Shown in pieces: positions 1 to 12,136 of a stretch of 64,000 bases of DNA. The translations under genes were made by a program, and so were the position numbers. Position 1 is the first letter of the stretch. Each line of letters opens with the position of its first letter. Origin of the DNA: a virus (Duplodnaviria; Heunggongvirae; Uroviricota; Caudoviricetes); the IMG/VR virus record IMGVR_UViG_3300012979_000028, positions 85,985 to 149,984 of that record. One strand, written 5' to 3'. A model generated the notes under the pieces. That model saw only the letters and a program-made list of their open reading frames with translations, ran no database searches and had not been told where the DNA came from.

Positions 1-42
1 AGACCCAGGAATAATAACTGAGTCTATCTTTTTTTGTTCCCT

Positions 43-438
43 CTAGAAAGCTGCATTAACTATCTTAGAAAATATCTTATCAACTTCAGCTCTCTGGAAT
101 AATAGTGAATAACCTGTATATTTCAATTTTTTATCTTCCCATTGAGCTACAGGATATCCATTTTCAGCACTATATATATCCAGTTGTTTATTAAAAGGAC
201 AGTAAACTATATTACCGAAGGGATACTTATTAGCTCCTGGGGTTAAGAGATTTATTTTATATACACGATCACCCTGACTAACATAAAGCTCTATACAATC
301 GGAAGGCAAGTGAAATAATATCTTAGCTTGATCGAATATAGCTTTAACTTTTGTAATTTCAGGTAATCCAGCACGAAAGAAGTCATTAATATCCTCTACT
401 ATAGAAAATTGTAATCTATTGTAATATAAAGATAACAT
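43..438 (-). CDS. hypothetical protein (131 aa)
   Basis: ORF whose start overlaps the stop of the upstream SbcCD fusion by 1 nt; no recognisable motif. Confidence 0.7.
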   Translation of the reverse strand: MLSLYYNRLQFSIVEDINDFFRAGLPEITKVKAIFDQAKILFHLPSDCIELYVSQGDRVYKINLLTPGANKYPFGNIVYCPFNKQLDIYSAENGYPVAQWEDKKLKYTGYSLLFQRAEVDKIFSKIVNAAF

Positions 439-3260
439 TATTTAAAATCTATTTCGGACATGCAGTTATGATTTAGTGATAGCTTACATGTCTTGTTATT
501 AAATGTTGCTACAGATTCCATATGACTTGAGAGCATAATACAGCCAATATTCATATCTGAGATCATATCTATACAAATGTCATGGTTCTGAGGATCTAGG
601 TGTTTCAAGAATTCATCCATTACTAATATTCCTAGTCTAGTCACTATATTTTGTAAGAAATGAACATCTAAGACTGTCTTTTGTCCAGAACTACATGCAG
701 CATAATCAACCCAGTTACCATTATTATTAAATTGAGATTCTAGGTTTAAGTGATCTCCGAATTTTGTATATTTCTTCACAACATAGTTTACATTTGTATC
801 AGAGAATTGAGCTGCTAGTGATGTTAATATTTCGTAATAAATTTCACCAGTCGGACCAGTCATATTAATGTATTTCTGTAATTCTGCCTGCTTTTCTTGA
901 ATATCAGCTATAGCCACTTTATATGAATCTAGTTCTTTCTGTCTAGTTGCAAGATCTTCAGAATAAGTTTCAAAAGAATTCCACGCTGATAGATTAGATT
1001 CAATAAGAGACATAGTACTCATAAAATTGTCTGGGAGATAAACTTCTTCAGGCTTTACTAGTTTCTTCAGGTTATCTTCTACAGTCGCCGCTTTATTTTT
1101 TGCATTCTCTAGATCTCTTTCTACCTGACTTATGTGATTAATTTCAGACATAAGGATAGAAACTTGTTTATTCAGATCAGTTATTCTTTGAGAAATTGTT
1201 TGATAAAGGTTTGTAGAATTTTCCCAAGTCACCCTAAGCTCTTCAAATTCAGAATCTAGAGTTACTTTCTTTATTTTAAGCTCTTCTATTTTCTGTTCTA
1301 GTGCTCTCTTATGTTCTAGTGCTGCCTCAGAAGTTTGAATAGGTTGATGACAAGTTGGACAAATAGATCCCTTCTCAATATTCTGTGCCTCTAACCAAGC
1401 TTTATTACCCTCTGCTCTTAGGTCTTCAATTTCTTTAGCCTTATAATCTAGTTTTACCTTTATAGAGCCTAAGTTGTTAATTTCAGCCTGACTATCACTT
1501 ATTACACTCTGAAGATTACTGATTTCTGCCTCTATAATATCCTTAGGGCGAAGTTTAAGTTTCTCTGTCTCCAACTCTCTTATTCTCTCTACAGAAGCAT
1601 TCCACGTAGCCTGGAGAGAAGCTGTAGTAGTTACAAAAGAGCTCCACTCACTACTCTTCCTTTGAATTTCCATACCTTCGAGCCTGCTTTTTTCAAGATC
1701 GGCCTTAGAGATGTTTGGTAGTTGAATCTCTGATAGCTTAGTGTTGATGAACCTGATAATTTCCTCAGTAGAGTTGATTCTCTCTTTCCAAGCTCCTCCT
1801 TCTTTATCGAGGAGTTTAAGCATTGCAACTGCTGTGTCATGTAACGTATCAATTTTATCTAGTTTAAAAAATTTGCTAACTAAGAGAGATTTCTTCTCAA
1901 CACTCATACCTCCGATTAATTGATTATGATCTGCATCTAGGAAGAATACATCTATATATTGAATAAACGGAAATCTAGCTCTTGCATCAGCTTCAAAGGC
2001 TTTTTTATTAGAATATTTTTGAGGAACATCATTTATCCACAATCCATATTCCTTTGTACCTCTTCTAAGTCTATAATTATTACCCTGATATATAAATTCA
2101 ACTTCGGTAACACAATCTTTAGCTCCGAATTGAATAAAAGGATTAAGAGACATTAAACCTGCTGTATCTTTAGTATCTGCGAAGGCATACTTAATAGCAG
2201 ATGTTAGTGAAGATTTTCCAGAACCATTGTCTCCTACTATCAATACCTTATCTCCCTTTGAAAAATATAGAGTAACTTCTTCAATAGACCTCCAGTTTCT
2301 ACAGTAAAATTTTGTTAAAGTAAAGTCGAAGTCTATACAACCAGCATCAATATCAGGAACTTCTTTCAATACTTTAAGGTGAACAGGCATTAAGTTATTT
2401 GCTGTTATGTATTGATTGAAAAGCTCTTCTACATTATTTGCCGGATTATCCACTTGTACCATTGAATCATCCTCACCTCGTATTGCTGCTCTTCTATACT
2501 CTAACCAGGTCATTGTATCTCCGTGCCATCCATGTTGACTAATATCAGAGGTCCAGTTAAATTTCATCAAGTTATTATCTGGATTTAAGTCTACCCATTT
2601 CCATTCTTTAGTAACACAATCCAAGACAACACCCGTAAACTCTTCTGTCTCTCCCATCTTACACTTTTGAGGAATTCCTATAGATACATATTTTCCTATA
2701 GTAGCCTTCTTATGTATATCTCCACAAATAGCAAGATCAAATTTACTTTCATCTAATTCCTGAGACTGTATAAAATCACTGACAGCATAACAAATAGTAG
2801 CATGAGTTATAAGTACATCTACCTTTGTCGGAATCCATGAAAGATCGAAGACATCCTGATAATTACTAAAACCTATTACAGTATTATCGACCTGCTGAAT
2901 AGTTTGATGTGCATATACTAAGTTATCTGGCAATACAACCCCTAGTAAAGAATCTTCAAACTTAGAATCAGAGGACTTACAATCTAGACAATGATTACCG
3001 TAAATTAACCAGCCATATGAAAATTCACTCATTATTCTGTGTAGGAACCTCTTAACTTCAGCTAGTACATATGGTCTGAGGATAGCTTTTTCTATAACAT
3101 CACCAGCAAAAGCAATATAATCACAACCCTCGCTTTTCGCTACTTTTATTATATTTTCAGCTACAGTTCTACTCCCTTGATATAATCTATAGTCTGGGGT
3201 AGGATTCTTTGACGCATAAGAACCAATGTGAACGTCTGATACTATAAAAATCTTACTCAT
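438..3260 (-). CDS. sbcCD: SbcD/Mre11 nuclease fused to SbcC/Rad50 ATPase (940 aa)
   Basis: N-terminal metallophosphoesterase motifs SDVHIG, GDV, GNH, GDIH; then Walker A GDNGSGKS, coiled coil with CPTC zinc hook, signature-like CSSGQ, Walker B VMDE and H-loop SSH. Confidence 0.9.
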   Translation of the reverse strand: MSKIFIVSDVHIGSYASKNPTPDYRLYQGSRTVAENIIKVAKSEGCDYIAFAGDVIEKAILRPYVLAEVKRFLHRIMSEFSYGWLIYGNHCLDCKSSDSKFEDSLLGVVLPDNLVYAHQTIQQVDNTVIGFSNYQDVFDLSWIPTKVDVLITHATICYAVSDFIQSQELDESKFDLAICGDIHKKATIGKYVSIGIPQKCKMGETEEFTGVVLDCVTKEWKWVDLNPDNNLMKFNWTSDISQHGWHGDTMTWLEYRRAAIRGEDDSMVQVDNPANNVEELFNQYITANNLMPVHLKVLKEVPDIDAGCIDFDFTLTKFYCRNWRSIEEVTLYFSKGDKVLIVGDNGSGKSSLTSAIKYAFADTKDTAGLMSLNPFIQFGAKDCVTEVEFIYQGNNYRLRRGTKEYGLWINDVPQKYSNKKAFEADARARFPFIQYIDVFFLDADHNQLIGGMSVEKKSLLVSKFFKLDKIDTLHDTAVAMLKLLDKEGGAWKERINSTEEIIRFINTKLSEIQLPNISKADLEKSRLEGMEIQRKSSEWSSFVTTTASLQATWNASVERIRELETEKLKLRPKDIIEAEISNLQSVISDSQAEINNLGSIKVKLDYKAKEIEDLRAEGNKAWLEAQNIEKGSICPTCHQPIQTSEAALEHKRALEQKIEELKIKKVTLDSEFEELRVTWENSTNLYQTISQRITDLNKQVSILMSEINHISQVERDLENAKNKAATVEDNLKKLVKPEEVYLPDNFMSTMSLIESNLSAWNSFETYSEDLATRQKELDSYKVAIADIQEKQAELQKYINMTGPTGEIYYEILTSLAAQFSDTNVNYVVKKYTKFGDHLNLESQFNNNGNWVDYAACSSGQKTVLDVHFLQNIVTRLGILVMDEFLKHLDPQNHDICIDMISDMNIGCIMLSSHMESVATFNNKTCKLSLNHNCMSEIDFK

Positions 3261-3292
3261 ATTTGTTAATTGTTATTTTATATTATTATTAC

Positions 3293-3808
3293 TTAAGACT
3301 TCATTATTGCTGCATAATTATCTATTAACCAATTCAAAACAGCATAAGAGTGTTTACAAAGTAAGGTAGTATATTGTTTTCTAGGCGGTTCAGTTAAAGA
3401 AGGACCTAGCTTAGTTTTTACAATATTAGATAAGAATACTGAATCTCGTTTCCCTAGAGTATATGCAGTTCTATATTTAAAATCTTCACAGTCACAGTAT
3501 ATTTTTATTTTATTATTCAAGTAAGCATTCATATTAAAATCAGGACTGAGTCTAACATAAACCTTGTGCTCACTCCCCGTATCTGATGTAACCTTAAACT
3601 TTAGAATCAGGTAATACGTATTGATTGTGTTCCTTCCAAATAGACCTGCTTTGAATTTATTAAGCAAACTCTCATTCTGTAATTCATGAAAAACCTTAAC
3701 TAGCTCAACTTTACATGCACCTGCTTTCTGTTGTCTAGTATTATCTATGTTCATTAACTCCCCTATTGTAAATTGACTCGGGGATGAACCTCCTGTAAAA
3801 AATCCCAT
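3293..3808 (-). CDS. SWIM-type zinc finger protein
   Basis: CDCEDF...LCKH fits the CxC-xn-CxH SWIM pattern. Confidence 0.7.
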   Translation of the reverse strand: MGFFTGGSSPSQFTIGELMNIDNTRQQKAGACKVELVKVFHELQNESLLNKFKAGLFGRNTINTYYLILKFKVTSDTGSEHKVYVRLSPDFNMNAYLNNKIKIYCDCEDFKYRTAYTLGKRDSVFLSNIVKTKLGPSLTEPPRKQYTTLLCKHSYAVLNWLIDNYAAIMKS

Positions 3809-3816
3809 AAAATAAA

Positions 3817-4050
3817 CTAATCTACTAAGTTAATATCGGTGATTGCTTTATTCTCACTACCACCTAAGCTAATCACAGTACCCCTATCCTTTACGTAAAT
3901 TCCACTAAAAACAGGTGCACCAAATGTTGAGGATGATGTAAAAACTGGCTCAACCTTAGAAGAACTTAATAAAACGCCATCCTTAAATACTCTCAATGTA
4001 TCAGGGTCATATGAATATGTTTCACCCTTTAAAGTTGTTATATTTATCAT
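3817..4050 (-). CDS. hypothetical protein (77 aa)
   Basis: ORF preceded by the recurrent CTTATA promoter-like motif (4072-4084). Confidence 0.7.
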   Translation of the reverse strand: MINITTLKGETYSYDPDTLRVFKDGVLLSSSKVEPVFTSSSTFGAPVFSGIYVKDRGTVISLGGSENKAITDINLVD

Positions 4051-5336
4051 TTCCTATATTTAATTTATTTATCACATATATAAGAAACCTTGATGTGCTT
4101 ATAGGAAAATTTGTAGAAAAAAAAAATAAAGCTCAAGTATAGGTTAATATTTTCACCCATCTCTGTTTTTAAATAATAACCGAAGGTAACTTTCTTAATT
4201 AATAATCCAGTTTCTTTGTCAATTAACCTGTAATATAGATAATAAGATACTATAAAACTACTCTCCTTAAATTTATTCTGTGTTATTACTATATCTACAG
4301 TCTCTGGATCTAAGTTACTAATATTATCTGGTTTCTTTAATATTAAGTAAAGTACCTATAATACTTAGTCTTTGCTAACATAATTAATAAGTTTTCCTTT
4401 AGGGTTTATTAAAGTTAATGTTATTCGTCTCTCTCTTTTATCATCCCTAACAGATACAACAGTTACAATAACAAAGCCTCTTATCTTAGTCCTAGATTCA
4501 GTTATTGCCAATATAATGGGATTACACATTACCTCACAGCCTATATAAAAATCCCAACCACCATCACTAGTAGGACTGAACCTAAATCCCTTCTTAAACT
4601 GCTTTACAATGTTTCTGTGATATTTCTTGTATAACATTATCTACTTCTTTATTTAATTCTCCATTATATTTTATTATAGTAATCGTACGTTTCTTCCGAG
4701 AAAATACTAATCCTACTTTCTGTATTAAATATACTATAATGCAAGAATTATCTATAAAAACTCCTCTTCGAAAACATGTCCAATCACTACCCTGTAATTT
4801 AGAACTCAATTTTCTCTTAAATTTCCTAACGTGTCTTCTATGATACTTTTTGTATAACATTTGTTATGTGTTGTTCAAGTTTACCATCAGGAGATACTAG
4901 TCTGTGACGATTCATACTGCAATCTATACATACTACTTTATTATCAACAGTAAAAGGCTTTCTGATAATTGTTTCAACCACATCATATTGTAAGCTATTT
5001 TTATAAGTAATCCTAGCTCCAACTTTAAACTGCCTGATGTAGTCTCTATGATATTTCTTATACAGCATCTTCTATAAATTTCATACTATCCCCCTTTATA
5101 CCTGATCCATACATTAAAGGCACCTGTACTGGAAGATCACTAATAGCAAGCTTAATTACTGAAATATCTATACTAAAACCAATAGGAAATAGTAAATTTA
5201 TAAAAGGTTCACCAACGACCTCACAATCTATTTCTTTACCATACTTAGAAAACTTAAACTTAGTTCCTATCTTAAATCGTCTAATATAGTTTCTGTGATA
5301 TTTTTTATATAACATCTCAAGTATAAGATTTCTCTG

Positions 5337-5594
5337 TTAATATATCTGTATAGGTTCCTTCCATCTTATTATGCCATTAGAATGTATTATGGCAAACGGA
5401 AACTATATATTACCTATGACATTTATACAAATCTCCTGATTACTATCAATGTAAGGTTTTTTTAAGACTTGTAGTTCATCTGTAACCTTCTCTACTGCAA
5501 AGGTATCTGGATCACGCTTATAATAACTGAGCTTAAACTTACCACCTACCTTAAACTGCTTAACATAGTCTTTATGATATTTTTTGTAAAGCAT
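5337..5594 (-). pseudogene. MLYKKYHR-family member with premature TAG
   Basis: Stop at 5403-5405; the same frame continues as FPFAIIHSNGIIRWKEPIQIY*, which carries the family C-terminal motif. Confidence 0.7.
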
Positions 5595-8500
5595 TATATT
5601 CACTTGCAATTTTTCCGTTAGCATTTACCAGTAACAATTCTAAGGTCTCTGGAAAAATACGTGAACGAGTTATTATTACTGAAATCTTAATCCACCATGT
5701 TCCATCTTCAATAAAAGGGTTACTATTTACTTGAAGATCACTCATCCACCAAATAAACTTATCTCCTTTCTTAAACTGCTTTACAAAATTTCTATGATAT
5801 TTTTTATATAACATATAGATTCTTATTAATTTTACCTCCTGGTAACACTAATTTCCACCAAATATAACCAGAACCTCTTACCTCAATGTAATTAGTACGC
5901 TCAAAATAATAAGGTCCATCTTTTACTATCTCAGTTAAATTATTATTAGCTATAAACTTAAACCTAGTTCCTATCTTAAACTGGCTGACAAAGTTTCTGT
6001 GATATTTCTTATATAACATCATATTTTATTAATTTACCATTGGACTTTATTAATTTCCACCAAAGATAATGACCCGGGGATACCTCAATACAATTATTAC
6101 CCTTAGAATAAAAAGGCTCTACTTCAACCATATATGGCCTATCACTACCACTCCACCTAAACTTAGCTCCTATCTTGAATTGTTTAACAAAGTTTCTGTG
6201 ATATTTTTTGTATAACATTATCTAATTCAGATTTATTTAACTTTCCATTCCAATCTACTACAGTAACATTACATGTCCTCAAATAAAGTGGTAAAATTAC
6301 GGCAGAAATATATGGTAGAATATCACGATTACAAATTACAAAGACAATGAAAGGTGATTTTAGGTTACATCCTGTAGAGTGTATACTAACTACAACATCT
6401 CTCTTAAATTTTCTAATAAAGTCTCTATGAATCTTTTTATATAGCATCAGTCTTCTAACCACTTTACTTTATCTTTTACCCTTGTAGTGCCTTTAAGTAA
6501 ACCTGCCAAGCGAACTAATTCCCACATTCGATCAACTGGAAAAGTACTGCAAACAACTTCAATACTGATATTATATTTACTTATACGAGGTTTGCTAGTA
6601 ACTTTAAACACTTCTCTAAAAAATCTAAACCTTCTTCCTATCCAATACTCTCTAATGTACTGTCTGTGAATTTTCTTATATAGCATTAATCTAACCAAGT
6701 TATTAGGTTATCATACGATCGACCACTATCTAAACTTAATATAACGCTATGTGACAATATTCCACCACGATCTATCATAATATAAATTCTATTCTTATCG
6801 TATTTATGTATAAATGGTTCTTTGGTAATTTTACATATTTTCTTAAAACCAGCAAACCTATACTTTCTTCCTACTCTAAATTGTCTAACGTATTGTCTAT
6901 GAATCTTCTTATACAACATATATTACAATAACTTAACATTCTCAATAGTACCGTCACTAAATATTAAAGTAAACTTAGTATGGAACCCAAAACTGTAATC
7001 ATCCCTTGAAACTGGAATCCGTATACAGTAAGCTCTATCCCATACAGTTTTATCAATTATAGGTTTTCCTGTACAATGAATAAGAGCTGTAACAGTAATA
7101 TTTTCACCTTTACTATTATCATCAATGTACATATACTCAAATCTGGTTCCTTTCTTAAATTCCCTAATAAAGTTTCTATGATATTTTTTATATAGCATAA
7201 TTTGAAGGCCATAATTTCTCAATTCTTCTGACAAGCTTACCAAGACGAGAGATGATAACTTTAGTTCCGCAATCAGTAGTTACAAGAACTCCATTACAGA
7301 CTACTACTAAGTTTTGTGAAAGTAATCCATTGTTAAATTCATCAAGTCTCCTAATATAGTTTCTATGATATTTTTTATACAACATCTTCTTTTATTTTTA
7401 TATCATGATTAATTTTACCTCCCGAGAATATTAACGTCCATTCATAAGTACATCTAATACAAATTTCGCCATAATCACTATCAATGAAGGGTTCTGATAT
7501 AATCTTATCACCTCCACCTATATCAAACATTAATATAGCTCCTTTCTTAAATTGGCTAACGTAATTTCTGTGATATTTCTTATACAACATGTTCTCCTAC
7601 TATTTTTATATCATAATTAATAAATCCTGACGGGTATATTAATGTCCAAACCGAAATAATACTATTACTTTGAAATTCAATGTGTTGATAATACGTAGAA
7701 TAATAAGGTTCTTTAATAACTGTATACGTATAACATTTATAATTGTATTTAAATCTAGTCCCTTTCTTAAATTGTCTAATGTAATTTCTATGATATTTTT
7801 TATACAGCATTTAGTACATTTATTTTATAATTAATAGATCCACTTGAGAATATTAAGGGCCAAATACCAAAATAACTACTACTCTGAAATTCAATACGAT
7901 GATTAACATTAGAATAATGAGGCTCTTTAACTACTTCATAGAGTGGGGAATCAAGGCGATAACATTTAACTCCTTTCTTAAACTTCCTTATAAAATTTCT
8001 ATGATATTTCTTATACAGCATACTCTAGCCAAGTATTTTTATACTATTTCTACTAATAGATCCTCCCGGGAATACTAGTATCCAATTAGGGTCTCTACTA
8101 TGATTACTCTCAAATCTTATACAATGATCGTTAGAATAATAAGGATCACGAACAACTGTATAAAATGAGAAATAAATATTATACTTAACCTTAGTTCCTT
8201 TCCTAAACTTCCTTACAAAGTTTCTATGATATTTCTTATATAACATGACACAATGGTCTGAGTTTTCCATTAGAATATACTAAATTCATACAGCAACACA
8301 TGCACTTGTCACCAATAGGTAGCCTACAAAGCCCAACCATGATTACTGCTGTAGGTAAATTATAGTTATAGTAGCTGCAGTCTACAAAGGGGCTGGAATC
8401 TACTATAAATTCAGAACAATCAAGCACTATCTTAACACCTTCCTTGAATTGTCTAACAAAGTTTTTATGATATTTTTTATATAGCATAACTTACTTATTT

Positions 8501-9030
8501 TTTCAGTACTATCATCATTAACTATACTTATACCATCACTTAATTGACCTCCTGGATATACTAAAGTCCAACAGCCAGATTTATTACCAGATATGTAAAT
8601 TCTTCCACTATTTTCACACCATGGTTCTACCTCAATAGCCTCTGGTCTAAAACCTCTATACCTAAACTTAACATCTTTCTTAAATTGGCTAACGTATTTT
8701 TTATGATATTTTTTATATAGCATAACTTACTTATTTTTTCAGTTTCAGGTACAGGTACATTATCATCATCGTTAACTATACTTATTTTATTGCTTAATTT
8801 ACCATCAGGTTCTATTATGCATATATCAGCACCAACAGCAACATTTATAGAAACATTATATCCCCAGTATCTATGACCCACGTGACTTATACAAATACCT
8901 ATGAAAGGATTGAATATAACTGAGAGAATAGGTTCATTTGCTCTAGATCCATTAAACCTAAACTTAACACCTCTCTTGAATTGTCTAACGTAGGATCTAT
9001 GATATTTTTTGTATAGCATCTTTTAATTCT

Positions 9031-9096
9031 TTATAACGTGTACATATAAGATCTCGTAGATTTCCTAACATGATTCTTATAGTATTTTTTGTACAG
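9031..9096 (-). pseudogene. vestigial MLYKKYHR unit (no ATG, body deleted)
   Basis: Reads LYKKYYKNHVRKSTRSYMYTL* in an alternative frame inside the 3' end of ORF 8997..9323. Confidence 0.65.
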
Positions 9097-10388
9097 TTTT
9101 TTATAAATATATTTCTGTTTACTACACCACTATGAAATATCAACGATTCCTTCATATTATCTATACCTATAAAACGATTATATATTACAATCGGTTCCTT
9201 AAGTACAACATACTCTACATTAGTATCAATAATTGTATTGCCGCTGATTTTAATTCTTATAATAAACTTAACACCTTTTCTAAATTTCCTAATGTAGTCT
9301 CTATGATACTTCTTATACAACATGGCGTGTAATTATTATCCTGGCAAATTTTCCGTTTATAGATATTAAGTATATTTCAGCATCACCTCCACCTATACAA
9401 ACCAGCTTTCCAGATATAAAAGGTTTATTGGTAACTACATTAATCGTATGAAGGGATCTATGTATAAATTCAACTCCAACCTTAAATTGCCTTACAAAGT
9501 TTCTGTGATACTTCTTATATAACATTATCCTACTATTTCTATATCTTTCTTCATTATCAACTTACCATTTTGAGATATCAGGACCCGAGGTAGAAAAATA
9601 TCCATAATACGTATCTGTGAAAATTCAATATAAGGACCTCTCTGTATAATAGTACAACTACCATCAAAGTGAACTTTAATTTTTGTTCCAACTTTAAACG
9701 GTCTAATGTAGTTTCTATGAAATTTCTTATATAACATACTACCTCCTTCTATTTATTATTTCTATATCTTTTCTTAACCTGCCCTTGCGAGTCATCAGAG
9801 TACGAATTCGTAAATTATCTATAATACGTATCTGTGAATATTCGATATAAGGGGCTCTCTGTATAGTAGTTGTACAATTGTTTTCAAGGTGTAATTTAAT
9901 CTTTGTTCCAACCTTGAATTGCTTAACAAAGTCTCTGTGATATTTCTTATATAACATATACTATTCACCTATTATTTCTATATCCTCTCTTAACTTGCCA
10001 TTCATACGTATCAGTTTCCGAATCATAAAATCATCTTCAATAAGTATCCATGAAGGATGATAAAGATCGACATGAGGATCTCTCAGTACAGTAGTTATAT
10101 CACTATTATCAAGGTGTACTTTAATCTTTGTTCCATACCTAAACTGTCTAACAAAGTTTCTATGATATTTCTTGTATAACATCTTCTATTACCTTTATAT
10201 AATCATTAATTTTACCATTATAGAATACTACTTCTACCCAAACTCTGTTGTATTTACCTAGTATCTTAATATCATTATCCTTGGAAATACGTGGTTCTAT
10301 TTCTACTATATCTTTTTCACAGGGAGAATACTTATCCCTAAATTTAGTTCTCTTCTTAAACTGTCTAACAAAGTTCCTATGATATTTT

Positions 10389-10630
10389 TTATATAACATG
10401 TATATATTTAAATTCGTTACTTAATCTACCATCTTCAAATACTAGGATCAACCCCTTATAAACATACCAAGTCTATCAAAAAAAGGTTCTGTATTTATAA
10501 AAATATCTCGACACTCATCAATAGTAGGTCCAGATAATATTTCTACTTCAGCTTTATCCAATTCAAACTTAATCTTAACTCCTTTCTTAAATTGGCTAAC
10601 AAGGTTCCTGTGATATTTTTTGTATAGCAT
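10389..10630 (-). pseudogene. frameshifted MLYKKYHR-family member
   Basis: GGT TGA TCC TAG; restoring one G gives GGT TGG ATC CTA = GWILVFEDGRLSNEFKYIHVI*, the family C-terminus. Confidence 0.7.
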
Positions 10631-11080
10631 CTTTATTTTCTCTTAATCTACCATCAGCATACACTATAGTCCATTGACTCCAATAATGAGATTTATCATC
10701 AGAAATAAATTCTATCGCTATAAGAATCTCCCGATACTCATCAATAAAAGGTTCCAATATTATTTCTCCTTCATGTTTATCAAATTCAAACTTAAACTTA
10801 GTTCCTATCTTAAACTGGCTAATATATTTCCTATGATATTTTTTATACAGCATCTTCTATAAAACTTCAATATCATCTGCCAATCTACCATCAGCATACA
10901 TAAGACAAAGATCGTAATCATCAGACTCTCCCCAATATACGATAATAATATTTCCTTTACAAATAGGATTTCGTCTAATCTGGCGTTCACCACTAGCAAA
11001 TTTAAATTCAAATCTAGTTCCTATCCTAAATTGCTTTACAAAATTTCTATGATATTTCTTGTATAACATTTATTTTTATC

Positions 11081-11154
11081 TTTTTATATAAGGATTATTC
11101 ATCTTCTGATATACGAAAAAAAAAAAATAATTCCCCATAATCGAGGAACCTATA
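11081..11154 (-). promoter_or_regulatory. terminator plus internal promoter splitting the array into two transcription units
   Basis: Only clearly regulatory gap in the array: minus-strand hairpin TTCCTC-GATTAT-GGGGAA followed by a long T run, then a CCTTATATA motif ahead of the 11069 ATG. Confidence 0.6.
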
Positions 11155-12089
11155 CTACCCTACTATATCCAGTCCTATATTTAATCTTCCGTATTCATCT
11201 ACTAGAACAAAAATACCAAGACAAAGATTAACAATAATTCTCCTTGGCGGATAGAATTCAATAATAGGGTTACTAATTAATGTAAATACAGAAAAATTAT
11301 TAGTATTTCTATCCTTAATCTTCTTACTTATAACCTTAACATCTTTCTTGAATCGTCTAACGTAGGATCTATGATACTTTTTATATAACATGTAGATACC
11401 TATTAACTCTACCTCCCGAATGTACTAAAGTCCATATATATTCACCATCTTCTATATCAATTCTAGACGATGAAAAATTAGGTAGATAAGGTTCTTTAGT
11501 AACTTCAATAATAGTTTTGATACACATAACCTTAGCTCCTTTCTTAAATTGCTTTACAAAATTTCTATGATACTTTTTATATAACATGTAGGTACTTATT
11601 AATTTTACCACTAAAGTATACTAAAGTCCATGTACATGATTTACCATCTTTTATATAAATTCTAGATGGTGAAGGATCAGGTATATAAGGTTCTATTGTA
11701 ACTCTATATCCATTACCATTTCCATATCTGCCTACGATGAACTTAACTTCTTTCTTAAATCGGCTAACAAAGTTCCTATGATATTTTTTATACAGCATTT
11801 CGCAATCTACCACTAATAAATACTACAAACATAAACACACCGGAATTATAATAGTTCATTGCCTTTATCAAAATTCCATCTTTATCAATAAAAGGTTCTC
11901 CAATAACTAAGTACTTACCTCCACTAAGATAAACTGTAACACCCTTCTTAAATTGCTTTACATAGGATCTATGATATTTTTTATACAACATCTTCTTCTA
12001 TTTTGATACTATAATATTACGATTAATATTAATAGATCCTTCCGAATATATTATTACCCAGTGATCTTCTTTTTTAATAATATCTTCAA

Positions 12090-12136
<47 letters not shown>

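Noticed and set aside
4140..4381. Possible 60th array member (MLAKTKYYRYF..., frameshifted)
   Set aside because: It stops after 12 codons and the other open frame lacks the family anchors; it may be an unrelated pseudogene but I cannot support a call.
5403..5405. TAG recoding (alternative genetic code) suggested by an in-frame TAG
   Set aside because: Long core genes have no internal TAG and several end in TAG (for example 43..438 and 18903..20189), so a nonsense mutation is the simpler explanation.
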